Of a DNA stretch of 64,000 bases, positions 42,262 to 57,310 are shown in pieces (the stretch's first letter is position 1; every line of letters begins with the position of its first letter). The notes beneath the pieces were generated by a model. That model was given only the letters and a program-made list of their open reading frames with translations. It was not told the origin of the DNA and searched no databases. Source of the DNA: Octopus vulgaris (taxonomy: Eukaryota); contig OX597840.1 of NCBI GenBank assembly GCA_951406725.2, forward strand, positions 3,038,001-3,102,000, in the 5' to 3' direction. Made by a program: the position numbers and the translations under genes.

Positions 42262-42310
42262 CAGCAGCAGTAGTGATGGTAGTAGTAGTAGTAGTAGTAG
42301 TAGCAGCAGC

Positions 42311-42351
<41 letters not shown>

Positions 42352-42364
42352 CAGGAGAAGCAGC

Positions 42365-42408
<44 letters not shown>

Positions 42409-42445
42409 CAGTAGTGATGGTAGTAGTAGCAGTAGCAACAGCAGC

Positions 42446-42480
<35 letters not shown>

Positions 42481-42860
42481 CAGGAGAAGCAGCAGTAGTA
42501 GTAGTAGTAGTAGTAGTAGTAGTTGTAGTAGTGATTGTCCCGGTTATTGTGGCGTTGATGTTGGCGACGGTGACTGCCGCCGTAGTGGTGGCAATCACAG
42601 CGGTGGTGTCCTGGTTTTCTATCGTTGGCGGTGGTAGTGGTGATGGTGGTGGTGGTGGTGGTGGCGGTAGGCGGTTTGCGGGGTAGGAGCTACGTCAGTG
42701 CTAATGGCGAGAGTAGTGGCAGTTTCGGTCGCAGTGGTGGCGGTAACTTTGGCAGCAGTGGCGATGTCGTTGTCGTTGTTGCTGGCAGTGGTGGTGGTGG
42801 TGGCCGTCGTGGTAGTGGTAGTGGCAGTGGTGGCTGTGGTACGCTTTCGCTATTGATGGT
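40500..42860. repeat. ~2.3-kb compound trinucleotide tract (AAT, CAT, AGT/AGC, GGT)
   Basis: Direct inspection. Internal higher-order repeats in the AGT/AGC block. Confidence 0.95.
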
Positions 42861-43474
42861 GACTGACGAAGTGGTCTAATTTCTCTTTATATCTTTTATG
42901 AATTCCGCTCTTTATTTTCTTTCTTGTATGTTTAGGAATTTTCGATTTTCCATATTTCGATTGTTTTTATTTACATTAAATTTCTCTTCAGTGATTAGTG
43001 CTGTTGTTGTTCTTGTAGCTGTTGTTGTTGTTGCAGTTGACGTTGTGGTTTTACTTCTTCTTCTTCTACTTCTACTTCTTCCTCTTCTCATTTGTTTATT
43101 CTTTATGGATTTGTTGTTGTTGGTTATTGTTCGTCCATTGATATTTCGCTCGTTATTAACAATAATCAGATTTGTAGTACAAATATAATTACGCAAACAT
43201 CGCGATATATAATTAATAGCAGAGAGCAAAAACGGTAGGCGTGATACAGTACAGGTAATGGCGATGGTCATAGCGATGATGAGGATGTTGACGATGACGG
43301 TGGTGGTGATGACGGTGGTGGTGGTGGTGATGGTGAGTGAGAGAGACAACAAACACTCGAGACCATAAAATAGAAAACGGGATGAATAAAATGAACTTAT
43401 TGCATTAACATGCTCCGCGATATTCTGATCGTTAACTTTATTTTCTCCATCTCCGCCATACATATATGTACATA

Positions 43475-43534
<60 letters not shown>

Positions 43535-43638
43535 GTATGTATGTATGTATGTATGTATGTATGTATATATATATATATATATTGTATGGATGTATGTACG
43601 TACTTATGTATGTATGTATATGTATATGTATATGTATG

Positions 43639-43672
<34 letters not shown>

Positions 43673-43710
43673 CGTACTTATGTATGTATATGTATATGTA
43701 GATGTAGATG

Positions 43711-43763
<53 letters not shown>

Positions 43764-43766
43764 AAG

Positions 43767-43815
<49 letters not shown>

Positions 43816-44224
43816 ATCTATGAATGTATATATGTATGCCAACATAAAGAGTTGCATAATTCACTCGAGAGCATGAATTACAAGCATGGCTTTTTGTTAA
43901 ACTCTCTGCATTGGTCACACTCTTTTCACCTATCTGCCTATTAAAAATACAAAATCATACATCTAGTATATATATATATATATATATATATATCGCGGAG
44001 TAGATGAAACAGGGAGAATTGATGAAGAGGGGGAATATTCTTTACGTTGCATGTCTCGTTTCTCCGTGTTTTTTTTCGTTGTTCGAAAATAATGTTCGAT
44101 TTCTAAGTTTCCGTTTTTATGCTTTCGTTTTTCGTTGTGTTCAACGTTTTATTATTTTTTTTTTGATGTCCTGTACCCATATATGCATGTATATAGACAT
44201 ATATATGTCTGTGCATGTATATAG

Positions 44225-44264
<40 letters not shown>

Positions 44265-44859
44265 CGGGGGGGAATGGAGATTAATAGAAATTTTCACTTC
44301 CAGTGGCCTAGCGTATAAAAATTTAGTCCAAAGACTATGTATTACTCTTAAAAAATACAGTGTACTTTTATACACATAAGAGGAATCCACTCATAGGATT
44401 CATCACGCTAGAAAGTACAGCTAGATTCTAAAACCACAAAATTCGTATCAATCAAATGATGTTTTCCTGTTAGCGCCCGGCGCCCGGCGCCCATCGTTTG
44501 ACCCGGGATCTCACTATCTAAAGCGACAAATAAAGAGAGACTGGAGGCCAGTACATCATTGGTGCTTATTTTATCGAACCGGAAAAGATGAGAGGTAGAG
44601 TTGATCTCTCTACGATTTGAACTCAGAATGTAATGAGCCGGATATAATGCCGCTAATCATTTTGTCCTCCGTCTCTAACGATTCAGTCAATTCACCGCCT
44701 TCACTAGTTTCCGTTCTCGGCAGAAGGCCAACAATTTGAATGGGAAAGGATTCAGAATAGACCATTGGCTTTCTCCTTCACTGGTACTTCATTTTATCGA
44801 TCCTGAATGGATGAAAGGCTAAGTCAAGTATAGAGGTTACATTCGTATTAATTTTATCG

Positions 44860-45538
44860 TTTTAAAATGTGTTTAGGTCAGACCCATACAAGACACTGCA
44901 TGTTGTATGGATTCAAAAGAAGCTCTTCAGTAATGAAAACAACAAGAAATATTCGTTCGATCTTTGGAACTGAGCGTTAGGTATACGACCATGTTATTGG
45001 CTAGAATGCTTTTGCCAATTTCATTATCATGAAGAGTTAAAGCGGAGAAGTATTGTCGTCAATTGAAAGCATTACGCACACACACACAAAGCAAGAAAAT
45101 TACAGAAAATGGCGTCGTCCATCATTGATCGGCCGTGAAGTTGTGTTGCTGTTATATAATATTGTAAAACCACGCAGAGGACAAATCACCCAGGAAAAGA
45201 TTATGGCACAAAATATGGAGGTTTTGCTTCATCCTCTTTACACTCTTGACGTTGTTCAATCTAACAATCGTTTTTCTTTTTTCAGATTATTGCAACATTA
45301 TCTAGAGGGAAATGAGTTTATTAATTGTAAAGAGGTTAAAAATGATATTGAATGTTTCTTTGCTCCGAATCTTGGAACGTTTTCCCCACTAGGGATCAAG
45401 AATTTGCCAAATAGATGGGATTATGTTATCAATAATGAGAGGAAATATTATCTTGATTAAATATATCAACTAAGACCAAAGAAGCATTTGTTTGTTTCCC
45501 ATCTTCAAATGCAACAAGGCTTTCTTTCTAACCTAATA
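44860..45538 (+). mobile_element. Internally deleted mariner transposon
   Basis: N-terminal HIRHCMLYGFKR...TTRNI and C-terminal EVLLHPLY...FRLLQHYLEG...GIKNLPNRWDYVINNERKYY. Ends in aacctaa|ta. Confidence 0.85.
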
Positions 45539-45639
45539 TATAAAGCAGTGAATGGCGTCATAAAGGAACGTGCTTACTCTCTCAGATTTAGAACATGTTT
45601 TTGAATATCAAAACCTTATCAAACAGAATGGTAAAACAC

Positions 45640-46075
45640 AGTATAGAGAGAAATTCGGTAAATAAGCGAAGAGATCTTCCAAACTTTACAGAATTCAATA
45701 ACAGAACAATACAATAGAAAGAAAGGAACCAGAGAAAAATATATACCAGAAGTGTAACATAACAACCAAAATAAAAGTATCGGATATCAAAGAACGCAAG
45801 AAATAGATTTCGTTAAATCGCTAAAAATCCGTAGCTGTGAAAAGCGACAACAATTCTTTGAACAAAACAAACTGTTCGACTCTAACCCAAAATGATTTTA
45901 TCAAAATCTTGGAGTCCTGGACAAAATAGAATAGAAATCAATGCAGAACCAAGAACAGAAGTAGAAGAATTCAATGGGAGAGTAGAATATGTTGGGGAAG
46001 AAATTACCGTAAACGAAATTGTTCCCAGCAATAATTTTGGAAGACCATATTTTAAAACGCAGGCACTTCAAATTG
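45640..46075 (+). pseudogene. Possible R4/Dong-like non-LTR element fragment
   Basis: Translates KRQQFFEQNKLFDSNPK*FYQNL, resembling the QNxxFxxNxKxFY motif upstream of RT in restriction-like-endonuclease LINEs. Recalled similarity only. Confidence 0.45.
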
Positions 46076-46078
46076 AGA

Positions 46079-46163
46079 AATTAGTATGTACGTGTACCAA
46101 GTATGTACCAATTAGTATGTACGTGTACCAAGTATGTACCAATTAGTATGTACGTGTACCAAG
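46079..46163. repeat. 31-bp tandem repeat, ~2.7 copies
   Basis: Unit aattagtatgtacgtgtaccaagtatgtacc. Confidence 0.9.
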
Positions 46164-46483
46164 CCTGATAAACTCCAAAAGATCAGGTGTAAATCTTTAC
46201 TTTTAGTTTATTATTTCAGGGAATTCGGTTGCTATTTCGTTGATTTGCTTTCACCATATTGGTTTCAGCAATGTCGAAGGAGGAGCTAAGTGGATTACAT
46301 CAACCCCAGTGTTCAACTGGTACCTATTTTGGCGATCCCGAAATGATAAAAGAGAAAATCAACCTCAGCAGAATTCGAACTCCGAACGTAAAGACGGACG
46401 AAATGCTGTCTAAGCGTTTTGCCCGTCGTGCTAACGATTCTGCCAGCTTCACGCCTTATTTACATTTGTTATAAATACAAGAG

Positions 46484-46735
46484 TGGAGGCGCGTGGCTTA
46501 GTGGTTAGGGCATGAGAGTCATGATCGTAAGATTGTGGTTTCGATTCCTGGACCGGGCGACGAATTGTGTTCTTGAGCAAAGCCCTTCATCTTCACGTTG
46601 CTCCAGTCTACTCAGCTGGCAAAAATGAGCAATGCTACGATGGACTGGCGTCCCGTCCTGCTGGGGAACACATACGCCATAGAAACCGGGAAACCGGGCC
46701 CATGAGCCTGGTTAGGCTTTGAAAAGAGCGCATTT
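46484..46735 (+). mobile_element. tRNA-derived SINE family C
   Basis: ggaggcgcgtggcttagtggttagg (A box), ggtttcgattcc (B box), central ttgtgttcttgagcaa...ccagtctactcagctgg. Confidence 0.85.
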
Positions 46736-47749
46736 AATTTTTTATTTATATACACATGTAATTATCGTGATTGCAGTATCCTTCTCTTGAAATGATATTC
46801 AATAGCTTAACAAGAAATCAAATTTATAGCAACATGAGTTTTCTTCTTTATCTTGTTGGCAACCCATTTTAGATTCACGGCATCGGAATGTTAAACGTAT
46901 TTTACCCATACGCAGACATGACTGTGCATGGCCTCATTATTTATTTACTTGAGCCATTCGCTTCTTTTATTCATTTATTCATTAGATTGACCTTACACAG
47001 AAAGGTAAGCTGCGGGATGGACAAAGACATAATGAAATGAAATGATAAACGATATGATAATAATAAGGGCAACAGCAACCCCCACTGATTGTATGTATGT
47101 ATATGTATATATAATATTGGTTTTACAATATTATATTGTTCTTTATAATATCATATTTGAGGCAACAAACCTCTTACACAGTTCATAGCCTTTCGCTCCT
47201 TATACAGCATAGGACATCGATGCTTTTTCTCCCTTTTCTCGACTCCAGATTCTCACTTTTTCTCCTTTCCCCTCGAATCCCTATTTTTTCAGTTCCGCCT
47301 TCATTTTGGATTTCATTGCACTGCATCGTATATTTCCCTGAGAGAAGGCCTTTTTTTCTCGGGTCTTGTGGGTTTTTAAATTGTTATTGATGCTTTGGTA
47401 ACTTTTCTTTTCTCTTGGCTGGAGTGTTAACCCTTTGTATACCCATTCTGGGAAGAAATGCTCTTTATTATTCCACACTCTATCTGTTGTCCGGTCCATT
47501 ATAGAAAGGCGTACCAGGCGTTTCACCGAGGTCATATTTCTCAGGGTCAATGAGACACACAAGCCAATGCATGGGAACGAGGACTAGATATTACGGTCTG
47601 ATCACCACAAGAGTGTCTTTTTGACAGTACTCACTACACGAGGTTCTCGTCTTCATTAGTGATGAGTAATCTAGCATCGAGGACAAACCCGCATGTAAAT
47701 GATAAGTAATTCTGCAGATATCTAGAAATCCCTGCAGCACCAACGGCAG

Positions 47750-48125
47750 TGGAGGCGCAATGGACCAGTGGTTAGGGCAGCGGACTCGTGGTCGGAGGAT
47801 CGCGGTTTCGATTCCCAGACCGGGCGTTGTGTGTGTTTATTGAGCGAAAACACCTAAAGCTCCACGAGGCTCCGGCAAGGGGTGGTGGCGACCCCTGTTG
47901 TACTCTTTCGCTACAACTTTCTTTCACTCTTTCTTCCTGTTTCTCGTCCCCGACTTCCTACGCAGCCGCTGAGCCTGGATGCGCATTCATCTATCCGTCG
48001 ATGCTCTCGGTGTCGGAGGTTGGCGTGCTTTCTCTTCTGCAGGTCTTACGAATAGCAAAGGACCACGTTTCGGACTTCGCCCACTGGGACGAAGACCGCG
48101 TCGCTCAACAAACAAAAAAAAAAAC
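47750..48125 (+). mobile_element. SINE family C-type head with a different 3' body and A-rich tail
   Basis: ggaggcgcaatggaccagtggttagg...ggtttcgattccc head. Confidence 0.7.
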
Positions 48126-49025
48126 AAATAAACAAGCACCAACAACAAAAACAAATAAATGAAACTTACAAAGATAGAACTATTTTTTAATGTTTCCCTT
48201 CTTGATACAAATATCTTTTTCTGGCAAGTTAAACAGGACTGGAGGCGGGTCTAATGTTCAATAGAGGGACAATCAAACATCTTTTGTAGGACCTCAAGTC
48301 CTATTTTACAGAGGATAAGTAAGTAGAAACACTGCAACAGACAGTAAATGGTGTCACTAGATTAAGTGATATGGAATCGATAGAATAAGTACCATGCTTA
48401 CAAAAAAAGAAAAAGTAAATACGTATTGGGGACAAGTCATTTCACAAAAAATTCTTCAAAGCGTGGCTCCAGCATGGCCGCACACTTATAACTGGAATAA
48501 GTGATTGATAAAATATGAAACGTATAGAGCGAGGCGGGATAACAGCTCTCAAAATGAAACCAATATATTACAGGTACCTAAATAATGATTACTATGTATG
48601 GTGTAAAACATAATTACTTGGTGTGTTAATCATTGGAGATTTAATTTGATGTTTGTCTAAGTTAAGAGAGATTCTTTGCTTCTCTCTAAACACCATTCTC
48701 TCCAAGACAACCACGGCCCCGCCAGACTGACTTTCCCACTTCCCACCCTGTTTCCGATTACGCAAGAAGAGGTTATAGGTACACATATACATACCCATAC
48801 ACACGTATGTGTGCATGCATATATATATATATATATATCAGTGTGTGCATATGTGTGAGAGGGTGTGTGACTATACATATTTGTGACTGCATACATATGT
48901 AAGTATATATATGTATGTGTGTGTGAGAGAGAGAGAGAGAGATAGAGAGGGTTTATATTACATATGCAAACATATATATATATACACGCATGCACATAGG
49001 TATGTATCTATATATTTATATTTAG

Positions 49026-49099
<74 letters not shown>

Positions 49100-49209
49100 C
49101 ATGTATGCATGTATGTATAAATTTCTATATATATATACTTACACGCATATGTGCCTACATACGCGTATACATAAGTGTATACATATACAAAATTGCGCTG
49201 ATTCATGTG

Positions 49210-49243
<34 letters not shown>

Positions 49244-49348
49244 TATGTGTAACATATATTCTACCCATACATACACCTGTATATGTTTATATGTGTATTT
49301 GTGCTATGTATACGTATATATGCATATATATATATATATGCATACATA

Positions 49349-49400
<52 letters not shown>

Positions 49401-49412
49401 TACATATATATG

Positions 49413-49459
<47 letters not shown>

Positions 49460-49522
49460 CATACATTTACATACGTGTTTGCGTGTGCAAAAACTACACA
49501 GACCAGACACGGGTACAGTCCC

Positions 49523-49562
<40 letters not shown>

Positions 49563-49739
49563 ACAAACACACGCATACAGACAGACTCCAATAAGATTAG
49601 AATCACCTAAAAAAAATAACAAACAGAAAGCATCAGAGCCAGCCATGTTTGTGTATGTTTCACGTTGTTAAACAATTAAAATGTCGCCTCTTTGTAATCT
49701 TGTTACATCCTTCCATTCCACTTTGATTGTTTAATTCAC

Positions 49740-50790
49740 CTGTTGGCGGCAGCGACGGGGGCGGCGGAGGCCGAGCTGGTGGTTGTGGTGGTGGTTGTAG
49801 CAGCGGCGGTGTTGGTGATGGTGGTGGTGGTGGTGGTGGTGGTTGTAAACAATGGTGGTAGTGATAGTGGTAATGATGATGATGACGATGATGATGATGA
49901 TACTGGTGGTGATGGTGTTGGTGGTGCTGGTGGTTGTGGTGGGGGGGGAGGTGATGTTGGTGGTGGTGGTTGTGGTGGTGGTGGTGATTGTGGTTGTGGT
50001 GATGTTGGTGGTGGTGATGGTGGTAGTAGTGGTGATGGTGGTGGTAGTGGTGGTGGTGGTGGTGGTGGTGACGGTTGTGGTTGTGGAGATGTTGTTGTGG
50101 CTGTGGTGTGGTGTTGGTGATGGTGGTGGTGGTGGTGGTGATGGTTGTAAACAATGGTGATAGTGATAGTGGTAATGATGATGATGACGATGATGATGAT
50201 GATACTAGTGGTGATGGTGTTGGTGGTGCTGGTAGTTGTGGTGGTGGTGGTGGTGGTGGTGGTACTGCTGCTGCTGTTGCTGGTGCTGGTGCAGGTAACT
50301 GCTGCCAGTGAAGGTGGTAATAAAAAATGGTGTTAGTGATAGTGGTAATGATGATGATGACGATGATGATGATACTGGTGGTGATGGTGTTGGTGGTGTT
50401 GGTGGTGATGGCGGTGGTGGTCGTCGTCGTGAGGTTAGTGGTGGTGATTATGGTGGTGTTTGTGATGGTGGTGGAGGTTGTGGTGGTGATGGTGTTGGTG
50501 GTGGTGGTCGTGGTGATTGTGGTGGTGGTGATGTTGATGGTGGTGGTGGTTGGTGGTGGTGGTGGTGGTGGTGGTGGTGATGTTGTTGTTGTTGTTGGTG
50601 GTGGTGGTGATGATGGTGGTGTTTGTGTTGGTGGTGGTGGTGGTGGTTGTGGTGGTGATGGTGGTGATGTTGGTGGTGGTGCTGATGGTGGTGGTAGTTG
50701 TGATGGTGATGGTGGTGGTGGTGGTGGTGAGGGTGGTGGCTGTGGTGTGGTGGTGGTGGTGGTGGTGGTGGTGGTGGTGGAGGAGGTTGC
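49740..50790. repeat. (GGT)/(GAT) low-complexity tract with internal ~90-bp repeats
   Basis: tagtgatagtggtaatgatgatgatgacgatg...gatact(g/a)gtggtgatggtgttggtggtg recurs at ~49859, ~50161 and ~50334. Confidence 0.9.
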
Positions 50791-52399
50791 AATAACGTTA
50801 GCGGTGTTCATGTTGATATCGACCCTACTCTTTAACTCCTTAATTAGCTTCAGTTCGAGAGCTGCTGCCATGCTGGAGCAACATGCCGTTAATGAAAGTC
50901 CAGATTGTTGCATTGGTGGAGGTATGGGTGGTGGCGTTTGAAGATCGATTTACTATTTAAGCTAGTAGAGGCTGCAGTAGCAATTTCAATCCAAATAACC
51001 ATTATGCCCTTAGTTTCCCTCTACCTCAGCTCTTAAACAGAAGAGCTATAATCAAAGACGCTCCAGTCGTGACTGCTCGGTCATATTTTTATAAGTGATA
51101 TATATATATACATACATATATATACAAACACACGCACACATTATACCACACGAAAACATATACATACATTCACACACAGATACGTATAAACATACATATA
51201 TATATATAAATGGCGGTGCCCCAGCATGGCCACAGCTCATGAGCTGAAACTGGAATCAATCAATCAATCAATCATAAGTTCCTTGCTTTTCCTGATGAGA
51301 AAGCGGCATAATATACTCCTTATTCCTTCGCAATTAGGAATATGCAGCCTTCGAAACTTATGTCGAAAATAAAGAAATTTTGTTAATTCGTCGTTCAACT
51401 CCATTCTTTCATATATTTATATTTAAAAAAAAAAGACATACAAATTTCCACACGAAAGCACGTAACTTCAAACGTGTCTTCTCTGATGTGAATTTGCTAC
51501 CCAGGTATCGGTTAACCAAATTATCCATAACAAGATAATTCATTCAACTACTCAAATATATATATATATACATATATATATGTAGAAAATGGATGTAGAA
51601 AATAAACACACGAACTTATACGAAAATCTCAAACGGACGGAAAACACAGGTCACCAACTTCTTTTCAGTTATCGGCCAGAGGGTCAAGCGCAATTTCGGT
51701 CATTATCGATAATATTACCTCCACTCTGGAGGCACCGACAAGAAACTTGCCGAGATTGGTACCAAATCATGACAATATGTGTGTGTATGTGTGTGTGAAT
51801 AGTGTATATACACACATATATATTTACATATTGACAATCAATAGTGATTAACATGAAATACATAAAGTCACTCCATCCGTAACCATGCTGTCAATTATGG
51901 GTATGCTGGGCGATAATATATTCAGTGCGCTTCCCATTTTGTAAACTTAAGTAAACTTAACTGCTATTTCTTATGAAATGAGCTATTTTTGTTTTGGTGG
52001 TGACGGTTTTATGGCGGGATCACTATAGGAGTCAATGGGGCAGCTATGGTGAGGGTCATGATGGTGAGGCGTATTGATGCTCTTATCATGTTGCACGTAG
52101 CGAGGATTGATTCGCTTATGTCAGTGGTGGTGGTGGTGGTGGCGCTGGTGGTGAAGGTCGTCATCTTGATAGTTGATCTGGTGGTGTTAGTATTTGCGGT
52201 GCTGATTGTGGCCATAGTGGATAAGGTTGCGGTGGTGTTCATGGTGGTGGTGGCGGTAGTGGAGATGTTTGTGGTAGCTGTTGTGATGATACCGGTCAGA
52301 ACCATTGATGCTTTTGTAGTGGTGATGGAGTTAGTCAAAAATGGTGGACAAGGTGTGCTGGTGATGTATATTGTGGTGGTGGTGGTGATGGTGGTGTTG

Positions 52400-52480
52400 G
52401 TGGCATCGGTGGTGGCGTCGGTGGTGGCGTCGGTGGTGGCGTCGGTGGTGGCGTCGGTGGTGGCGTCGGTGGTGGCGTCT
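52400..52480. repeat. 12-bp minisatellite (ggtggtggcgtc)n
   Basis: About 6-7 consecutive units. Confidence 0.9.
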
Positions 52481-52642
52481 GTGGTCATGGTTACCGTAAT
52501 GGCCTGTTGCATTAGTTGAAGAGAGAAAGTTTCAGGTTACGGTGTAGGATACATTCTTGCACACACCCACTGATGTCAAATACACGTACGGGTTCACGCC
52601 CACAAAATACGAAAAGGAAACCTACATATGTGTGTGTGCGTT

Positions 52643-52719
<77 letters not shown>

Positions 52720-53257
52720 TCTATAAATATGTAATATGTATACATATACAGATAATTACAATTATAATTTATATACCTGTATATGAATATGTGTGTACGT
52801 GTGTGCGTGTGTGTATGTATATGCGTATATATATATATATATATGCGCACGCATATATATGTAAGTATATGTACATACACACATACACACATATGTTTCT
52901 TTATGTGTGGATGCATTTACATGTGTGTGCGTGTGTGTGTGTGTCTGTGTATATATGTGTGTGTGTGTGTCTGTATGTATGTGAGTGTGTGTGTTTTGGG
53001 TGTGTGTGCGTGTGTGTCGCGGCATTGTAATCAATTTCGATAAAAGCCGTAATGTCGGGGAGGAAAGATTTTGGCTAAAGTTAATCAAATTACTAAATTT
53101 AGGGATCGATATCTTAAAGCTATTAAAACCGATCACTTAATTTATCGAATCATGTCCTCTTTTTTAACTGTTTTAATTATTCCCCTTGATTTCACTCTCC
53201 TATTTATTCGTTTGTTTATTTATTTCCTAATTGTATTACGTTGTCTGCGTCCGTATT

Positions 53258-53315
<58 letters not shown>

Positions 53316-53625
53316 TGTATGTATGTATGTATGTATGTATGCGTAAGCGGTAGTATGTATGCGTGTTTGTGGCAGTATATGTGTGTCTACAGGTGTGTGT
53401 GTTTGTGTGGTGTATGTGCAAGTGATGGCGGCTAAGGTTTTATTTTTCCGGTCGCCATTAAACTCTTAAACACTTTCGCCCACAATAGAACCACAAACTG
53501 CTGCACATCATAGATTAGATACCCTCACGCACATATATACACTCACGCACAAAGCGCACACACTCATACACACACCTACGTATATGTATATATATGCATG
53601 CATAGGTCTTTGTGGATGTATTTAA

Positions 53626-53663
<38 letters not shown>

Positions 53664-53706
53664 AGAGACAGACAGACAAACAGACAGACAGAGACAGAGA
53701 ATAGAT

Positions 53707-53757
<51 letters not shown>

Positions 53758-53777
53758 TAATTTATTTATTTATATAT

Positions 53778-53833
<56 letters not shown>

Positions 53834-53889
53834 TGATACAGATAGACGAAATGTATTTCACTCTGTACACACATACACTCACCGTGGCG

Positions 53890-53957
<68 letters not shown>

Positions 53958-53967
53958 GACAGAGAAT

Positions 53968-54076
<109 letters not shown>

Positions 54077-54796
54077 TACGTTCATTTATTTAATTATACA
54101 TATACGTACGTATGTACATACATTCATGTACGTACGTACAAAACCACACCTATATATATATACACAGCTATGAACATTGTATCTAATAGGTGTATTCGTG
54201 TTCCTTTATCTACTTATGTACTTGTTATATGTTTATTTCAAGGTGGGACGTATGTGCGTTGAACCTTTTTTATGTGTCTTATCTATTAATGAACTCCCAA
54301 TGTGGGAAACAAAATCAATTGTTTTCGAATTTCCTCGAATTTCCTCGCAGTTATGAACTCATTATTGAAAGACAGCGATTTTCTGTTACTTTGCTATATT
54401 AACCTACGCTTTACTGTCCTATCGAAGGTGTATCTTGAATCACGATCCAGTATTGTAAAATGAACTTGCAAGAAATAATCGCACTGGGTAGGGCGACAAT
54501 AATACATTGAGTTCAGTCTGTGGAGGCACATGGCCTGGTGGTTAGAGCAGCGGACTCGGGGTCGAGGTTCGCAGGTTCGAATCTCAGCCCCTGAGTAGTG
54601 TTTTCAAGTAACTAAAGTGAGTTGATGAATCGCCACTTCTATCAACTGGCATTAATACTTTAAGGGGATTAATTGACACTAGACTTGCCGTTGGCTGAAT
54701 TGATTCTTCTGCTCGGAATGTGTTGTGCAGTTTCGGCGAATAAGGATCAATGCACCCAACTTAGCATTTGTCATGCTGCACCCCATGACTTCGCTA

Positions 54797-55177
54797 CTTG
54801 ACTGCGACCATGCTAGAGCACCGCCTTTAGTCGATAAATCGACCTCAGGAATTATTCTTTGGAAGTCTAGTACTTATTCTATCGGTTTTTCTTTTGCCGA
54901 AGCGCTAAGTTACGGGGACGTAAACACACCAGCATCGGTTGTCAAGCGATGTTGGGGTGACAAACACAGACACACAAACATACACACACATATCTATAAA
55001 TATATACATATACGACGGGCTTCTTTCAGTTTCCGTCTGCCAAATCCACTCACAAGGCTTTGGTCGGCCCGAGGCTATAGTAGAAGACACTTGCCCAAGG
55101 TGCCATGCAGTGGGACTGAACCCAGAACCATGTGGTTGGTAAGCAAGCTACTTACCACACAGCCACTCCTGCGCCTA
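54797..55177 (-). mobile_element. SINE family A
   Basis: Homology to the other family A copies. Confidence 0.88.
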
Positions 55178-55970
55178 TAAGCGTTAGAAATATTTGTGAA
55201 AATGCAAATTAGGTTCGTAGAAATATTAGAAGAATTTGTGGAAATGTTGGCAGAGCTGTGGAAATAACAGTGGGGTCTTTTCTAGTAGAATAAGCGGAAG
55301 TGTTATCAGGGTCTGTCCTAATGTTAAAAAGTTTTGTGGGAATGCAGAAATTATTTAATGCAAATGATATCAAGAAGTATGAATATATCAGGAATATTTC
55401 CGGGTATTTATTTTTTATTTTATTCTATCTAGTTTCAGCTTACGAGCTGTGGCCATGCTGGGGCACCGCCATTATATGCTTAAAAGATTTGTAGAAATGT
55501 AGAAAAATTTCTTGGAAATGATACCAGAACACGTGGGACAACTAAACCTTTTACATCAAACACACTTATTAAACACAAAACTCTTTCCATTCATATTTTT
55601 TCCAACAGGTCATTTGGGTTTACCCGGCGTAATTATTCCTGATAACGTCAGAATTTAGAAATACGTTAATTTCCGGTTTTATAGGAAATTATTTTGTCAA
55701 AATGTCGGGGGTTTAGGGAGTTTATTGGATTCTTGTCGTTCTTATCATTGTTGTAGCTGTTGTTGCTCTGACTGATGTAGCCGTTATTACTGTTGTTGTT
55801 GTTGTTGTTGTTGTTGTTGTAATTATTGTCGTGGTTGTTGTAGTTAATTTGTTTGTTGCTATGGTGCTTGTTCGCTGTTGTCATTGTTGTGACTAATCTG
55901 GTTGTGTTTGTTCTTCTTGTTCTTGCTGCTGTATTCGTTGCTGTTGTATTGTCATTGTATTGTTATTGTT

Positions 55971-56402
55971 AGGCGTAGGAGTGGTTGTGTGGTATGTAGC
56001 TTGCTTGCGAAACACATGGTTCCGGGTTCAGTCCCACTGTGTGGCACCTGGGACAAGTGTCTTTTACTATATAGCCTCGAGCCGACGAAAGCCTCGTCAG
56101 TGGATTCGGTAGACAGAAACTGAAAGAAGCCCGTCGTATATGTGTATATATATATACATATATATATATATATTTATGTGTGTGTGTGTGTGTGTGTGTG
56201 ACACCGCGTGTGTACCGCTGGCGATTTTTTTCCTCCGTCTTCCCTTCTCGGGATCTTTCCTTCTCCTATGTTTCCGACGAAGAGCTCGGCTCGAAACGTT
56301 AAACCCTCCTTCTTCCCTTCTTTCCTGAGCGTCCAATAATACTATATTTGTTCCATGTCCTCGCGTTGTTGTGCTTTTTTGTGCTTTCTTGTTTGGATTA
56401 AC

Positions 56403-56454
<52 letters not shown>

Positions 56455-56720
56455 TGTATGTATGTATGTATGTATGTATGTGTGTGTGTGTGTATATGTT
56501 TGTGTGTCTGTGTTTGTCCCCCCAACATCGCTTGACAACCGATGCTGGTGTGTATACGTCCCGGTAAATTAGCGGTTCGGCAAAAGCGAACCGATAGAAT
56601 AAGTACTAGGTTTACAAAGAATAAGTCCCGGGGGTCGATTTTCTTGACTAAACGCGGTGCTCCAGCATGGCCACAGGTCAAATGACTGAAACAAGTAAAA
56701 GAATAAAAGAAAGAGTAAGA
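55971..56720 (+). mobile_element. SINE family A with a hammerhead mini-element (56200-56402) nested in its internal microsatellite
   Basis: Nested motif at 56270-56304: gttt-CCGACGA-a-gagc(tcg)gctc-GAAA-cg-TT-aaac. Confidence 0.8.
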
Positions 56721-56729
56721 GTATATATA

Positions 56730-56960
56730 CAGACGGGGGTGTAAAATTAGGTCGACACTAAATATCACATCGGTGTTATCATATTTAATTCCTTAAAATT
56801 TATTAATTCTTAGAATTAATTAGCCTCATTTTTGAGATTTTCAATGTCATTAATCATAATAATACCTTTATCATGACTTTTTAATTTTTTGATGAAAATA
56901 AATTAGTATTGTACGTGTTATCTTTTTTCATAATTCTATACCAAATTTTCCACCCCCTTG
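56730..56960. mobile_element. MITE (Tc1/mariner-type) of ~230 bp
   Basis: Imperfect terminal inverted repeats gggggtgtaaaattaggt / accaaattttccaccccc, with TA on both flanks. Confidence 0.65.
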
Positions 56961-57310
56961 TATACACACACACACACACATTTTTGTGTGTATGTATATA
57001 TATATATATATATTAATAAATAAAATAAAACATATGCATATATATAAACATATATGTACGTAGCTACCTCTACATGTAAATATACACGCATATATGAGTA
57101 CAGGACACCAAAAGGACGTCGAACAAAATGAGAAACGAAAACATAGACACAAACCAAAGGAACTGGACATTTTTTTTAAAAACAGCAAAAAAATAGAGTA
57201 CAGGACAATTAACACAAAGAACAAACCCCTCTTCAGTCGCTAAAGGTTTCATCTACTCTACGTTTCGAAGGATAAAAGCAAGACATATATATATATATAT
57301 ATATATATAT

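Noticed and set aside
40556-42637. 693-aa ORF (poly-I/H/S)
   Set aside because: Read-through of trinucleotide tracts in their stop-free frames; no complex domain.
47750-47825. tRNA gene
   Set aside because: A and B boxes are present but there is no proper cloverleaf, and the sequence continues into a repeated body, so it is a SINE head. The same applies at 46484, 54522 and 62260.
49660-50941. 417-aa Pro/Thr-rich ORF and overlapping ORFs
   Set aside because: (GGT)n low-complexity tract that is open in several frames.
57225-57285. Hammerhead half (minus strand cGAAAcgTAgagt), with a related fragment at ~43994-44200
   Set aside because: The 5' CTGANGA box and stem I arm are missing; at most a truncated remnant.
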